From the NCBI GenBank assembly GCA_965204735.1, contig OZ242008.1, positions 2,304,001-2,368,000 on the forward strand: a stretch of DNA of 64,000 nt. The letters run 5' to 3'. Below the pieces are notes generated by a model. That model did not search any database and was not told the origin of the DNA. It was given only the letters and a program-made list of their open reading frames with translations. This document shows positions 47,321-57,072 of this stretch, in pieces; position 1 is the first letter of the stretch; the number at the start of each line of letters is the position of its first letter. This stretch comes from Longimicrobiales bacterium (GTDB taxonomy: Bacteria; Gemmatimonadota; Gemmatimonadetes; Longimicrobiales; Gaopeijiaceae). The position numbers were made by a program, and so were the translations under genes.

Positions 47321-48768
47321 TGTCCGGTCACCATGGTCATGAGGCGGTAGAAGGGCTCCGGCCAGGCGAAGAGCAGCAGGCACGCCACGGCCGTCGCCGC
47401 GATGGCGGCCACCGACGGCGCCGGCGCCTCGCGGATCCCCGGCGCCGGCGGCGGCCCGGAAGGCGGGCGGAAGAAGCCCCGCACGGGAATCTCCACCAAG
47501 TAGGCCAACGAGAGCAGCGAGCTGAGCATGAGCACCGCCACCAGCCCCGCCTGCCCCGCCTCCAGGGCGCCGATGCCCAGGAACCACTTGCTCCACGAGC
47601 CGCCGGCCGGAGGCAGGCCGACGATGGAGAGGGCGCCCACCAGGAACGCAAGGAAGGTGACGGGCATGGCGCGCCCCAGCCCGTCCAGGTGGCTGATCTC
47701 GGTCTTGTGGGCGGCCACCATGATCGCGCCGGCGCAGAAGAAGAGGGTGATCTTGCCGAAGGCGTGCATGACGATGTGCATCCCGCTCCCCACGACGCCC
47801 CAGCTGTTCGCCAGCATCGCCCCCAGAACCACGTAGGAGAGCTGGCTCACGGTGGAGTAGGCCAGCCGCGCCTTCAGGTTGTCCTTGGTGAACGCCACCA
47901 GGGAGCCCAGGACGATCGTCGCCGCCGCGACCCACATGAGCCAGACGGAGGCGCCCGTCGCGGCCACGAAGTCGATCCCGAAGACGTAGACCGTCACCTT
48001 GAGGATCGCGAAGACGCCGGCCTTCACGACCGCCACGGCGTGAAGGAGGGCGCTGACCGGGGTGGGCGCCACCATCGCCGCGGGCAACCACCTGTGGAAG
48101 GGCATCACGGCCGCCTTGCCGATCCCGAAGACGAAGAGTCCCAGCAGCACCGGAACCGCCCCCGCCGCCACCCGACCGTCGAGGATGCCCCCGGCCCGGA
48201 ACTCCAGCGTGCCGGCGGCGTGGTAGGTCCAGGCGATCGCCAGCAGCTGAAAGACGATCGACGTGGAGAAGAGGATCCCCAGGTACGTCCGCCCCGCCCG
48301 CTTGGCCGCCTCCGTTCCGGCGTGGGTCACCAGGGGGAAGGTGGTCAGGGAGAGCACTTCGTAGAAGACGAAGAGGGTGAAGAGGTTGCCGGCGAAGGCG
48401 ACCCCCATCACCGAGGCGATGGCGTAGGCGAAGAAGACGTAGAAGCGCGTCTGGTTCTTCTCGTGGTGGCCCCGCATGTAGCCGATGGAGTAGAGCGTCG
48501 TGACGATCCACAGGAACGACGCCACCAGGGCGAAGAGGACTCCCAGGGGTTCCGCCTCCAGAACGAGGGGGATGCCCGGGAAGGGTTCCGCCAGCACGAG
48601 GCTCGGCCGGGCGCCCTCGGCCACGGCGCCGTGGATGCGGAGCACGATCCCGAAGAGGACCGCCGCCGCCGCCAGGCTGGCGCCCTCGCGCAGGTTCGGC
48701 CGGGCGCGCAGGAGAACGATCAGCCCCGCCGCCAGGGCGGGCACGAGAAGGGAGAGGACGAGGATCAC
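47317..48768 (-). CDS. Mrp Na+/H+ antiporter subunit D family
   Basis: FVFYEVL, HRWLPAAMVAPTPVSALLHAVAVVKAG, RLAYSTVSQL. Confidence 0.92.
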   Translation of the reverse strand: MILVLSLLVPALAAGLIVLLRARPNLREGASLAAAAVLFGIVLRIHGAVAEGARPSLVLAEPFPGIPLVLEAEPLGVLFALVASFLWIVTTLYSIGYMRGHHEKNQTRFYVFFAYAIASVMGVAFAGNLFTLFVFYEVLSLTTFPLVTHAGTEAAKRAGRTYLGILFSTSIVFQLLAIAWTYHAAGTLEFRAGGILDGRVAAGAVPVLLGLFVFGIGKAAVMPFHRWLPAAMVAPTPVSALLHAVAVVKAGVFAILKVTVYVFGIDFVAATGASVWLMWVAAATIVLGSLVAFTKDNLKARLAYSTVSQLSYVVLGAMLANSWGVVGSGMHIVMHAFGKITLFFCAGAIMVAAHKTEISHLDGLGRAMPVTFLAFLVGALSIVGLPPAGGSWSKWFLGIGALEAGQAGLVAVLMLSSLLSLAYLVEIPVRGFFRPPSGPPPAPGIREAPAPSVAAIAATAVACLLLFAWPEPFYRLMTMVTGQ

Positions 48769-50249
48769 GGCGTCGTCCCCAGCAGGGCTCGGGCAGCCTC
48801 TTGGGCCACCCCGACGGTGCGCCCGGCGTCGATGCCGAAGTAGACGTTCATCGCCACCAGCGCCCACGTCGGGGCGAGGAGGCTCCAGGGCGCCTCGCCT
48901 TCCGCCAGGGCTTCTTCGGAGGACGGAGAACGGAAGTAGGCGACCTCAACCACCCGCCACACGTACGCCAGCGCCATCACCGACGCGATCAGCACGACGA
49001 CCGCCACCGGCCACCACCCCCGCTCCAGGGCGCCCAGGATCAGGTACCACTTGCTCACGAAGCCGACGGTCAGGGGCACCCCCACCAGGCTCAGCCCTCC
49101 GACCACGAAGGCCGCCGTCGTGAGCGGCATCCGTCGGCCCAGTCCGGCCATGGCTTCGATCCGGACCGACCCGATCCGATAGACGACGCAGCCCAGCGCC
49201 ATGAAGAGCGCGGCCTTCATGAGGGCGTGGTTGAAGAGATGCAGGAGCGTTGCGGTCAGGCCGGTCACGGAGGCGAAGGAGAGCCCCAGGATCATGTAGC
49301 CGATCTGGGCCACCGAGGAGTAGGCCAGCAGCCGCTTCACGTTGGTCTGGAAGATCGCCACGAGGGACATGGCGACGATCGCGGCCAGCGCCAGCAGGAG
49401 GAGGAGCCGGTCCAGCTCCATGACGTCGAAGGAGAAGGCGGGGCCGAAGATCGTCAGGAAGAACCGCAGCAGCATGTAGACCGCCACCTTCGTGGCCGTG
49501 GCCGCCATGAAGGCGGTGACCGCCGAGGGGGCGTAGGCGTAGGCGTTGGGCAACCAGAGGTGGAGGGGGAAGAGGGCCAGCTTGAGGCAGAACCCGACCG
49601 CCAGGAAGCCGTAGGCCACCTTGACCGTGCGGGCGTCCCACACCTGGGGAAGTATCTCCGACAGGTCCGCCATGTTCAGCGTCCCCGTCGTCGCGTAGAG
49701 GAGCCCGATCCCGATGACGATGAAGGTGGCGCCGACGGAACCCATGATCAGGTAGCGGAACGCCGACGTGAGGGCGCGGCGGTCCCGTCCCAGGGAGATG
49801 AGGGCGTAGGCCGAGAGCGACGAGATCTCGAGGAAGACGAAGACGTTGAAGACGTCGCCGGTGGCGGCGATGCCCAGCAGCCCCGACAGGCAGAGGAGGT
49901 AGGCGGCGTAGAAGAGGGGGATGCGGCGTTCGTCCACTTCCCTTTCCACGCTGGCCCGGGCGAAGGACGCCACCGCGACCGCGATCGTGGAGACGACGAC
50001 CAGGACCCAGGCGTTGACCACGTCGATCCGGTACTCGATTCCCCAGGGCGGGGCCCAGTCGCCGATGGCGTAGGAGAGAGGACCCGAAGCCGCGGTCGTC
50101 GACAGGAGGCGCAGGCTGATTCCCAGGGCCGCCAAGCTTCCGAGGGCGGCCGCGCCCCAGGCGATCCGCCGGTCGCGCAAGAGGGCGCACACCGGGGCCA
50201 GCAGGAGGGGAACGACGACCTGAAGGATCGGAAGGTGGTCCGCCATCAC
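48765..50249 (-). CDS. mrpD: Mrp Na+/H+ antiporter subunit D
   Basis: FNVFVFLEI, LFPLHLWLPNAY, KRLLAYSSVAQIG, NHALMKAALF. Confidence 0.93.
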   Translation of the reverse strand: MMADHLPILQVVVPLLLAPVCALLRDRRIAWGAAALGSLAALGISLRLLSTTAASGPLSYAIGDWAPPWGIEYRIDVVNAWVLVVVSTIAVAVASFARASVEREVDERRIPLFYAAYLLCLSGLLGIAATGDVFNVFVFLEISSLSAYALISLGRDRRALTSAFRYLIMGSVGATFIVIGIGLLYATTGTLNMADLSEILPQVWDARTVKVAYGFLAVGFCLKLALFPLHLWLPNAYAYAPSAVTAFMAATATKVAVYMLLRFFLTIFGPAFSFDVMELDRLLLLLALAAIVAMSLVAIFQTNVKRLLAYSSVAQIGYMILGLSFASVTGLTATLLHLFNHALMKAALFMALGCVVYRIGSVRIEAMAGLGRRMPLTTAAFVVGGLSLVGVPLTVGFVSKWYLILGALERGWWPVAVVVLIASVMALAYVWRVVEVAYFRSPSSEEALAEGEAPWSLLAPTWALVAMNVYFGIDAGRTVGVAQEAARALLGTTP

Positions 50250-50623
50250 TCGGCCATGCCGGCTTCGATCTCGTTGATCTCGTCTTCCTCGACCGTCCCG
50301 TAGGCCTCCTTGATCCGCACGGCCAGGGCCAGGCCCACCGAGGTGGTGGCGATGCCCACGACGATGGCGGTGAGGATCAGCACGTGGGGAAGCGGGTTGG
50401 AGTAGACGGCCTCCGGGTCGTCCACGAGGATCGGCGCGGTGCCGCCGGCGACCTTGCCCAAGCTGATGTAGAGCATGAACACGGACGTCTGGAAGACGCC
50501 CAGCCCGATCAGCTTCTTGATCAGGTTGCCCCGGGAGATCAGGACGTAGAAGCCCGTCATCATGAGGAAGACCACGATCCAGTAGTTGTAGCTGGCGACG
50601 ATGTGGGACCAGAGCTCGCTCAC
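50246..50623 (-). CDS. mrpC: Mrp subunit C
   Basis: NLIKKLIGL, NPLPHVLILTAIVVG. Confidence 0.93.
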   Translation of the reverse strand: MSELWSHIVASYNYWIVVFLMMTGFYVLISRGNLIKKLIGLGVFQTSVFMLYISLGKVAGGTAPILVDDPEAVYSNPLPHVLILTAIVVGIATTSVGLALAVRIKEAYGTVEEDEINEIEAGMAE

Positions 50624-51156
50624 GCGTCCGCCTCCTCGCCCCCGGGCGCGCCGGACGCGCCAGGCGCGCGGTGTTCGTCGGCCGCCTTCCGCTCGCCGGC
50701 CGGCTTCCGCTTGCTGGGCGCAGTCCGGTCGCCGGGCGCGGCCCCGTCTCGGCCCGCGAAGAGGTAGAAGACCGTCGCCATGACCCCGAAGACGGTGACC
50801 AGGACGCCGGCTTCCACCAGGAGGATGCCGTAGTGCTGGCCGTGCTCCGGGTCGTGGGCCAGGACCCCGTAGCCCAGGTATGCGCCGCCGAGCATCATCG
50901 TGACCACGCCGGTGCCGGCGTACAGGAGGACGCCCAGCGCCGCGCACGCCTGCACGAAGCGCGGCGGCAGGACGCGCTGCACGGCCTCCACTCCGTACAC
51001 CAGGGTCAGGAGAACGAAGGCGGCCGCCAGGATCACCCCGGCCTGGAACCCGCCGCCGGGGCTGTAGTCGCCGTGAAAGTGGACGTACAGCGCGAACGCG
51101 ACGATGAACGGCGCCAGCGCCTTGGCGCTCACCCGGAGGACCAGCTCCTCCCTCAT
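50620..51156 (-). CDS. mrpB: Mrp subunit B (MnhB domain)
   Basis: HGDYSPGGGFQAG. Confidence 0.92.
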   Translation of the reverse strand: MREELVLRVSAKALAPFIVAFALYVHFHGDYSPGGGFQAGVILAAAFVLLTLVYGVEAVQRVLPPRFVQACAALGVLLYAGTGVVTMMLGGAYLGYGVLAHDPEHGQHYGILLVEAGVLVTVFGVMATVFYLFAGRDGAAPGDRTAPSKRKPAGERKAADEHRAPGASGAPGGEEADA

Positions 51157-51725
51157 TCGGTCCCCTCGCCCGACGGCGCCGGCCTCTCGCGCCGGCGCGC
51201 GCCTCCCATCAGCAGGAGCATCGCTCCCACGGCGGCGGCGAACACCACCGTCGTCTCGCCCATGGTGTCGTAGCCCCGGTAGGACGCAAGCACGGCGGTC
51301 ACCACGTTGGGAATCCCGATCTCGTGGTAGGTCTCTTCCAGGTAGTGGTCGGCCACGTGATGGTGGACCGGGTTGGAGGGGTCGCCGAAGGGCGGCAGGT
51401 CCATCGTCCCGTAGATCAGCGCCGCGCCCGTCGTCAGGACCACGGCCAGCGGCACGGCCCGGAGGCGTCCCGGTCGCGCCGGTTCCTTCTCCCGCCGCCC
51501 GACCCGCGCCAGCGCGCCCAGGAAGAGGACGGTGGAGATGCCCGCGCCCACCGCCGCCTCGGTGAAGGCCACGTCCACCGCGTCCATCACGGTGAAGAGG
51601 CCCGCCGAGAGAAGCGAGTAGATCCCCGCCAGCATCACCGCCGCGAGGAGGTTGCGGACCTTGACGAGGCCCAGGGCGGTGGCCGCCAGCAGAGTCAGCA
51701 GGACGACATCGGCCGCGGTCTCTAT
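51153..51725 (-). CDS. Mrp DUF4040/MrpA C-terminal-like subunit (probable ATA start)
   Basis: DAVDVAFTEAAVGAG, IPNVVTAVLASYRGYDTMGE. Confidence 0.88.
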   Translation of the reverse strand: METAADVVLLTLLAATALGLVKVRNLLAAVMLAGIYSLLSAGLFTVMDAVDVAFTEAAVGAGISTVLFLGALARVGRREKEPARPGRLRAVPLAVVLTTGAALIYGTMDLPPFGDPSNPVHHHVADHYLEETYHEIGIPNVVTAVLASYRGYDTMGETTVVFAAAVGAMLLLMGGARRRERPAPSGEGTE

Positions 51726-52087
51726 GGCGAGCCTCCCTCCGGGTCGGCCTGGGGGCGGGCGCGCGGCGCCGGGCCGCGCCGGGCCGCGCTGCCTGCCAGG
51801 GGCCGGAGACCTCCTTGGAGGGCGGCCCGGGCCAGGGCGTGGGTGGAGACGGGGCTGGTGAACCACAGGAACGCAAGGATCAGCAGGAGGCGCACCGCCG
51901 TCAGGCCGCTACCCTGGAAGCACAGTCCCGCCAGGATCAGCCCGGCGCCCATCGTGTCGGTCATCCCCGCGGCGTGCATCCGGGCGAAGACGTCGGGAAG
52001 CCGGAGGAGCCCCACGGTCCCCACGAGGGTGAAGAAGGCGCCTCCCAGGACGAAGGCCCAGCTGAGCAGGTTCAGCGCCGCTTCCAT
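51722..52087 (-). CDS. mrpG: Mrp subunit G
   Basis: GLLRLPDVFARMHAAG..DTMG, SPVSTHALARAA. Confidence 0.93.
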   Translation of the reverse strand: MEAALNLLSWAFVLGGAFFTLVGTVGLLRLPDVFARMHAAGMTDTMGAGLILAGLCFQGSGLTAVRLLLILAFLWFTSPVSTHALARAALQGGLRPLAGSAARRGPAPRARPQADPEGGSP

Positions 52088-52089
52088 CG

Positions 52090-52413
52090 TCAGACTTCGT
52101 CCGCCTTCAGGGCGCGTCGATCGTCGGGGACCGGCGCGACCGTCGGCGGGCGCGTCGCCGCTCCCAGGTTGCCGTACTCGACGTACTTCAGCACCGCCAC
52201 CGTCCCGATGAAGTTGATCAGCGCGTAGACGAGAGCCAGGTCCAGGAAGTCCGGCCTGCCCGCCAGGAAGCCGAGCACCGCGATGAGCACCACCGTCTTG
52301 GTGCCCATGTTGTTCAGCGCGAGGACGCGGTCGTACGCCGTCGGTCCAAGGAGGGCCCGGACCACGGCCAGCGCCATTGCGGCGAGGAGTGCCGCGGCGG
52401 CGACGGCGAACAC
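52090..52413 (-). CDS. mrpF: Mrp subunit F
   Basis: GPTAYDRVLALN, DLALVYALINFIGT. Start GTG 52413 or CTG 52419. Confidence 0.9.
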   Translation of the reverse strand: MFAVAAAALLAAMALAVVRALLGPTAYDRVLALNNMGTKTVVLIAVLGFLAGRPDFLDLALVYALINFIGTVAVLKYVEYGNLGAATRPPTVAPVPDDRRALKADEV

Positions 52414-52415
52414 CG

Positions 52416-52907
52416 TCAGGAATCCGCCCCTTCGAGGGCGGCGACGCGGCGGTTCATCTCGTTCTCCTCGGAGCCGTCGACCATGTCCCGCGACAAGGCG
52501 TGGACCTCGAAGTCTTCGCCCACGACGCCCGTGGTGACCGTGCCGGGAGTCAGGGTGATCGAGTTGGCGTAGACGAACCTGCCCAGGTCGGTCCGCTGCG
52601 ACGCCCGGAAGTGGACGATCGCAGGATCGATGGGAAGCCGGGGCGACAGAACGATGCGCGCCACCTGGACGTTGCACCGCAGGATGTCCCAGATCAGCCA
52701 CGGGACGTAGGCGAGCGCGCGCCAAGCCAAGCGGAAGGGGGCCGATTCTTCGTCCAGCGTGCCCATGCGAAGGGCGACGAAGACGGCCAGGGTGCACGTG
52801 CCGACCCCGAAGGCGAGCATCAGGGGCTTGTAGACGCCGGAAAGGAGCAGCCAGAGAGCGAAGAGGACGACCCACACTCCGGCCGCTCTAGTCACGTGTG
52901 AACGCAT
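52416..52907 (-). CDS. mrpE: Mrp subunit E
   Basis: LWLLLSG, YANSITLTPGT, VHAL. Confidence 0.93.
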   Translation of the reverse strand: MRSHVTRAAGVWVVLFALWLLLSGVYKPLMLAFGVGTCTLAVFVALRMGTLDEESAPFRLAWRALAYVPWLIWDILRCNVQVARIVLSPRLPIDPAIVHFRASQRTDLGRFVYANSITLTPGTVTTGVVGEDFEVHALSRDMVDGSEENEMNRRVAALEGADS

Positions 52908-52995
52908 CCGGGAGTTCTTGAGGGGGAGTTGGGAAGGCCGGCCGCTCCGGCCCTGGACGGCGGGAGGCGGCCTGTCCGTTTCGCTCGGGGCGAAT

Positions 52996-53634
52996 CTACC
53001 AGTTGGACTGTGCCCCGTCCACTATCTCCTGCACGAGGAGCTCGATCGCCTCCAGCCGTCCGTCGTCCTCGGTCTCGGTCGCGTCGAGGTACTGTCCCTG
53101 GACGCGAAGCGACGACTGGTCCCACAGGATCAGGTTCTCCGCCCTGTCCAGCAGCTCCACCTCGACCACGAGGACCACTTGGCGCTGAAGGACCTGGACG
53201 CTGCCGGCCTGGCCGCCCTGGTTGTAGAGAGGCGCAGAGAGGTCGTAGCTGCGGATCGTGCCGCTGATCACCGCGTCGGCCGCCTCCTCGCCCGCGGGGG
53301 TCAGGCCCAGCGCCCGGGGAAGCTGCCGCAGGAGGGCGTCGTGGACTTCCTGGACGAGCTCGAAGCGGTTCGTGTCGTTCTCGAAGGGCAGGACGGCCAG
53401 AGTGCGGACGTGCTCCGGAAGCCCGGCGCCGCTTCGGAAGGAGTAGTTGCAGCCCGCCAGGAGGGCGACGGCGGCCAGCACGGGAGCGAGGCGGCCCCTG
53501 GAGGCCGGGCGGCCGATCGGGTCCCCCTGGGCGCGGTCGCCCGAGTCGCGGGCGCTGCCCCTCGAGCCGCGGCGGTCCCGGCAGCGGTCAGGAACCGGAG
53601 GGACTCCAGATGTCGGGCGGAAACGGGTCCACAT
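52996..53634 (-). CDS. LptE-like LPS assembly lipoprotein
   Basis: Lipobox LLAGC, NYSFR..LPEHVRTLAVLPFENDT, C-terminal ..QSNW; true start may be downstream. Confidence 0.75.
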   Translation of the reverse strand: MWTRFRPTSGVPPVPDRCRDRRGSRGSARDSGDRAQGDPIGRPASRGRLAPVLAAVALLAGCNYSFRSGAGLPEHVRTLAVLPFENDTNRFELVQEVHDALLRQLPRALGLTPAGEEAADAVISGTIRSYDLSAPLYNQGGQAGSVQVLQRQVVLVVEVELLDRAENLILWDQSSLRVQGQYLDATETEDDGRLEAIELLVQEIVDGAQSNW

Positions 53635-54409
53635 ATTCGAATGATTCCAGTTCGAGCTTCACTTCGCGGTAGGCGGGCAAGTTGCGGTAGGCGGCTTCGG
53701 CGGGGTAGGAGCCGTCGTGCCGGTCGGACGTTTCGACGCGCTCCACGACGCGCCCGTTCTCGACGAGCTCGGCCTCCCGGACGGTTCCGCCTTCCACGCG
53801 GAAGCGCACGCGGCCTGCGGCGGGCAGGGCGTACTCCGCCGTCAGCGTCCCATCGGCGACGGCGCCGTCCACGAACGCCGCGTCGAGGCCGGGGCGGAAG
53901 ACGCCGAAGACCGCCCAGAGGAGGGGCGGCGGCGGGATCAGGTCGTCGGAGACGGCCGTGGGGATGCGCAGCTCGTCCCCCACGAGGACGGCGACGCCGG
54001 CCGTCTCGCCGTTGTCGAGGAAGAGGTCGAGGCGGGCTCGGTCGGGGGGCTCGACCCGGGCCACGCCGGCGCCGGCGCCGCGGAAGTCGGGCTCGCGGAC
54101 GCTCCACGAGAAGAGAAGCCGGCTGGGCTGGCGGGGGCGACTGGAAGCCTGCGCGACGAGGAGCGGGTCGCGGAGGCTCGCGACGGTCGGCGCTGGGGGC
54201 TCTGGAAGGGACCGGGCGCCGCCGCCGCATCCCGTGGCGGCGAACGCGCCCAGCGACGCGGCCGTTGCCGCGGTCGCCGCCGTCCGGCGAACTCCGTCCC
54301 GGCGCCGCCGCCCTGGCGGCTGGGGACGGCGCCGATCTGGAACGCGTAGCCGGCGCCGCCCTGCCCCGCCGGGACGTCGGTCCGGCCGGGCGAGCCGGTG
54401 GGCCGGCAA
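53588..54409 (-). CDS. Hypothetical lipoprotein
   Basis: AGAGGA RBS before TTG 54409; LGAFAATGC lipobox; ARVEPPDRARLDLF. Confidence 0.65.
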   Translation of the reverse strand: MPAHRLARPDRRPGGAGRRRLRVPDRRRPQPPGRRRRDGVRRTAATAATAASLGAFAATGCGGGARSLPEPPAPTVASLRDPLLVAQASSRPRQPSRLLFSWSVREPDFRGAGAGVARVEPPDRARLDLFLDNGETAGVAVLVGDELRIPTAVSDDLIPPPPLLWAVFGVFRPGLDAAFVDGAVADGTLTAEYALPAAGRVRFRVEGGTVREAELVENGRVVERVETSDRHDGSYPAEAAYRNLPAYREVKLELESFEYVDPFPPDIWSPSGS

Positions 54410-54475
54410 GGCTGTATCCTCTCTTGATCCGTCTCCATCGCCGGGACGTCGGTCCGGCCGGGCAAGCCCGTGGGC
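54367..54475. repeat. Imperfect ~36-bp direct repeat
   Basis: CGCCGGGACGTCGGTCCGGCCGGGC(G/A)AGCC(G/C)GTGGG at about 54367 and 54439. Confidence 0.8.
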
Positions 54476-54521
54476 GCTCCGGCCTGTCCCCCTTCGCCCT
54501 CTCCGTCTAGCTTCGGCGGTC

Positions 54522-55259
54522 ATGCCGTCCAAGCCCGTCTTCATGGTGTCGGACGTCCATCTGGGCGCCGTGCCTCCCGCGACCGAGGCGGCCTTCCGAC
54601 GCTGGCTCCTCCACGTGAAGGAATCGGCAAGCGGGCTGGTCGTCAACGGCGACCTCTTCGACTTCTGGTTCGAGTACCGGAGCGTGGTCCCCGGCGAGCA
54701 CGTCCGGGTCCTGGCGCTCCTGGCCGAGCTGGTGGACGCGGGCGTTCCGGTCGTTCTCATGGGCGGCAACCACGACTGGTGGGGCGGCGACTTCCTGCGG
54801 ACCCGGATCGGAGTCGAGTTCCACCAGGACCCATTGCGGCTCCGGCTGGCGGGTCGGCGCGTCCTCCTGGCCCACGGCGACGGGCTGGGCCGGGGCGACT
54901 TGGGCTACCGCCTCGTCCGGCTGGTCCTGCGCGGGCGCGCGACCCGCCTGCTCTTTCGTTGGCTTCACCCCGACGTGGGCGCTTGGGTCGCCCGTCGGGT
55001 CTCCGGCACGCGGCGCCAACTGGAAGGGGCCGGCGAGCCAAGCGAGGGCCGGGCCGCTTTCCTGGCGGGGTGGGCGGCGTCGCGGCTCGCGGAGGACCCG
55101 AGCCTGGAGATCGTCGCGCTGGGCCACTGCCACATGCCCGCGGTGCACGAGGCCGCGCCCGGCCGCTACTACGTGAACTCGGGAGACTGGGTGGCTCACC
55201 GCTCCTACGTCGTGGTCTCCGAGTCGGGGGCGCCCGAACTTCGCGAGTGGCGGCAGTAG
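54522..55259 (+). CDS. lpxH: UDP-2,3-diacylglucosamine diphosphatase-like metallophosphoesterase
   Basis: SDVHLG, GDLFDFW, GNHD, HGDG, GHCH, NSGDW. Confidence 0.85.
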   Translation: MPSKPVFMVSDVHLGAVPPATEAAFRRWLLHVKESASGLVVNGDLFDFWFEYRSVVPGEHVRVLALLAELVDAGVPVVLMGGNHDWWGGDFLRTRIGVEFHQDPLRLRLAGRRVLLAHGDGLGRGDLGYRLVRLVLRGRATRLLFRWLHPDVGAWVARRVSGTRRQLEGAGEPSEGRAAFLAGWAASRLAEDPSLEIVALGHCHMPAVHEAAPGRYYVNSGDWVAHRSYVVVSESGAPELREWRQ

Positions 55260-55289
55260 GCGTCGGTTCGGCGTTCTCGGCTCCACCGC

Positions 55290-56105
55290 TTACCGCCCCA
55301 CGGGCACCCGGACGCCCACCTCCACGCGGCCCGTGGACGGATCGCCCTCGACCGTCAACGGCTGGGGAAAGTCCTGGAGGTGAGCCGACACCAGGGCGTC
55401 CACGCCGGACACCAGCATGACGAAGATCACAGGAGCGAGCCAGTCCTCCCTCTGGTCCTCCCGGGCGGCTACGAGTCCCCGCAACCGGCCCACCTCCTCG
55501 TCGCTCTCCAGCGCCTGTTCGATCTCCTCCAAGTCCGTCACGCCCCGGGCCTCCAATTCGGCGGTGATCCGGCGCTCCAGAAGGCCTGCCTGCTCCCGCG
55601 CGGCCTCCAGCCGTCGCCAAGTCTTGAAGAGCATCCACGCCGCCAGCGACTCGGCGCCGAAGTAGAAGGCGCCGCGCCCCGTCGCGCCCGACACCGTGTG
55701 GCCCCATCCGGGAAGGACGACGCCCCGTATGAAGGCGCCGCGGGTGTTGGGGCCCTGGGACGAGGCGGAGTCGAGATCGGAGGGGGACGCGACAGAGGCA
55801 AGGGTGTCGCCGGCGGCCAGCGAGTCGGCGCGGGCGGCGGCCAGCGAGTCCGGGGGCGCCTGGGCGCGGGCGGGCGGCCCGACCAGCACGCCGAGCGCGA
55901 CAGCCGCCAGTGGGACAACCGGGTGTGCGCGACCGGCAAGAACGCGGGCGGCCAGGAGCGGCCGGCGAAGGTCGGTCGGGACTTGGCGCCAAGCCAGCAG
56001 CGGTCCGCGGAGGCCGGCCACGGCGCGGCACCACGACGGGAGCGGTCGGCCAACGTCGGCCACGGCGCGGCGCCAGCACGGGAGCGGTCGGCGAACGTCA
56101 GCCAC
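55290..56105 (-). CDS. Hypothetical exported/membrane protein (DUF5683-like)
   Basis: AFIRGVVLPGWGH, REDW, DALVSAHLQDF; start uncertain. Confidence 0.65.
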   Translation of the reverse strand: MADVRRPLPCWRRAVADVGRPLPSWCRAVAGLRGPLLAWRQVPTDLRRPLLAARVLAGRAHPVVPLAAVALGVLVGPPARAQAPPDSLAAARADSLAAGDTLASVASPSDLDSASSQGPNTRGAFIRGVVLPGWGHTVSGATGRGAFYFGAESLAAWMLFKTWRRLEAAREQAGLLERRITAELEARGVTDLEEIEQALESDEEVGRLRGLVAAREDQREDWLAPVIFVMLVSGVDALVSAHLQDFPQPLTVEGDPSTGRVEVGVRVPVGR

Positions 56106-56125
56106 GGCGCGGCACCAGCACGGGC
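55950..56125. repeat. Four imperfect 42-bp tandem repeats at the gene junction
   Basis: CRAVADVRRPLPCW / RRAVADVGRPLPSW / CRAVAGLRGPLLAW / RQVPTDLRRPLLAA. Confidence 0.8.
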
Positions 56126-57042
56126 AGGGCGCAGGGCAACACGTCCACGCGGAGCTCCTGGGCGGTCCCCGGGACGAGCTCGCCGTCAAGCTCGAAGCGG
56201 AAGGGCTTCCCTCCGGCGGCGCGGATGGAGGCGGAGCTGATCCGGCGCATCGTGACGTGGCGGGACCCGGCGTGGCGTCCCCGGACCACCTTGGGGACCA
56301 AGCTGGCGACTTGCCGCCAGCCCAGGGCGTGGACCCGGCAGAGGTCGAGCTGGCCGTCGGCGGGGGCAGCCTCCGGGTTGATCATGAAGCCGCCTCCGAT
56401 CGAGGGGCCGACGGTGACTGCCAAGAGAGTCGTGCGCCCCGAAAGGAGTTCGCCGCGACCCGAACGGAGCTCGGCGCTCCTCGACGGGCCCTCGGTCTCG
56501 ATCCGCAGCTCCGGGGGTTCGAACGACGACGCGGCGTCGAGGAACGCGGCCAAGTACTGGGCCAGCCCTCGAAGCCGGGAGTACTTGGCCCGTCGCCGCA
56601 GGACCTCCACGTCCACGCCCACGCCCAGCAGGTTCACGAACACCCTCTCGCCGTTCTCCCATCGCACTCGGCCCACGTCGAAGCGCTCCACGATGCCGTC
56701 CTTCAGGAGCGCCGCGGCGTCCTGGGGACCCGTCCCTTCGCCGTTGGGACGGACCATTCTAAAGAAGTCGTTGCCTGTCCCCACGGGGAAGACCGCCAGC
56801 GGCGGCATGTGAGCAGGCGAGCCGGCCAGCAGTCCGCCGGCAACCTCGTGGACGGTTCCGTCTCCGCCGACGACCATGATCCGTTCCGCCCCTTCCGCCG
56901 TCGCTTCCGTCGCCAGCCGAGCCGCGTGGCCGGGCGCCTCGGTGTAGCGCACCTGTCGGGGCACGGCCGCCTCGTCGAGGGCCGCGACGAGCCGGCGAGC
57001 GGCCTTCCGACCCCGCCCTCCCGACGAAGCGGGGTTCACCAC
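56098..57042 (-). CDS. Diacylglycerol kinase family lipid kinase (YegS/DagK)
   Basis: VNPASSGG, GGDGTVHEV, PVGTGNDF, IGGG, DGQLD, ELDGE; start uncertain. Confidence 0.9.
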   Translation of the reverse strand: MVNPASSGGRGRKAARRLVAALDEAAVPRQVRYTEAPGHAARLATEATAEGAERIMVVGGDGTVHEVAGGLLAGSPAHMPPLAVFPVGTGNDFFRMVRPNGEGTGPQDAAALLKDGIVERFDVGRVRWENGERVFVNLLGVGVDVEVLRRRAKYSRLRGLAQYLAAFLDAASSFEPPELRIETEGPSRSAELRSGRGELLSGRTTLLAVTVGPSIGGGFMINPEAAPADGQLDLCRVHALGWRQVASLVPKVVRGRHAGSRHVTMRRISSASIRAAGGKPFRFELDGELVPGTAQELRVDVLPCALPVLVPRRG

Positions 57043-57072
57043 GACGTGGACCGTCCCAGGGGACGGGGACGA

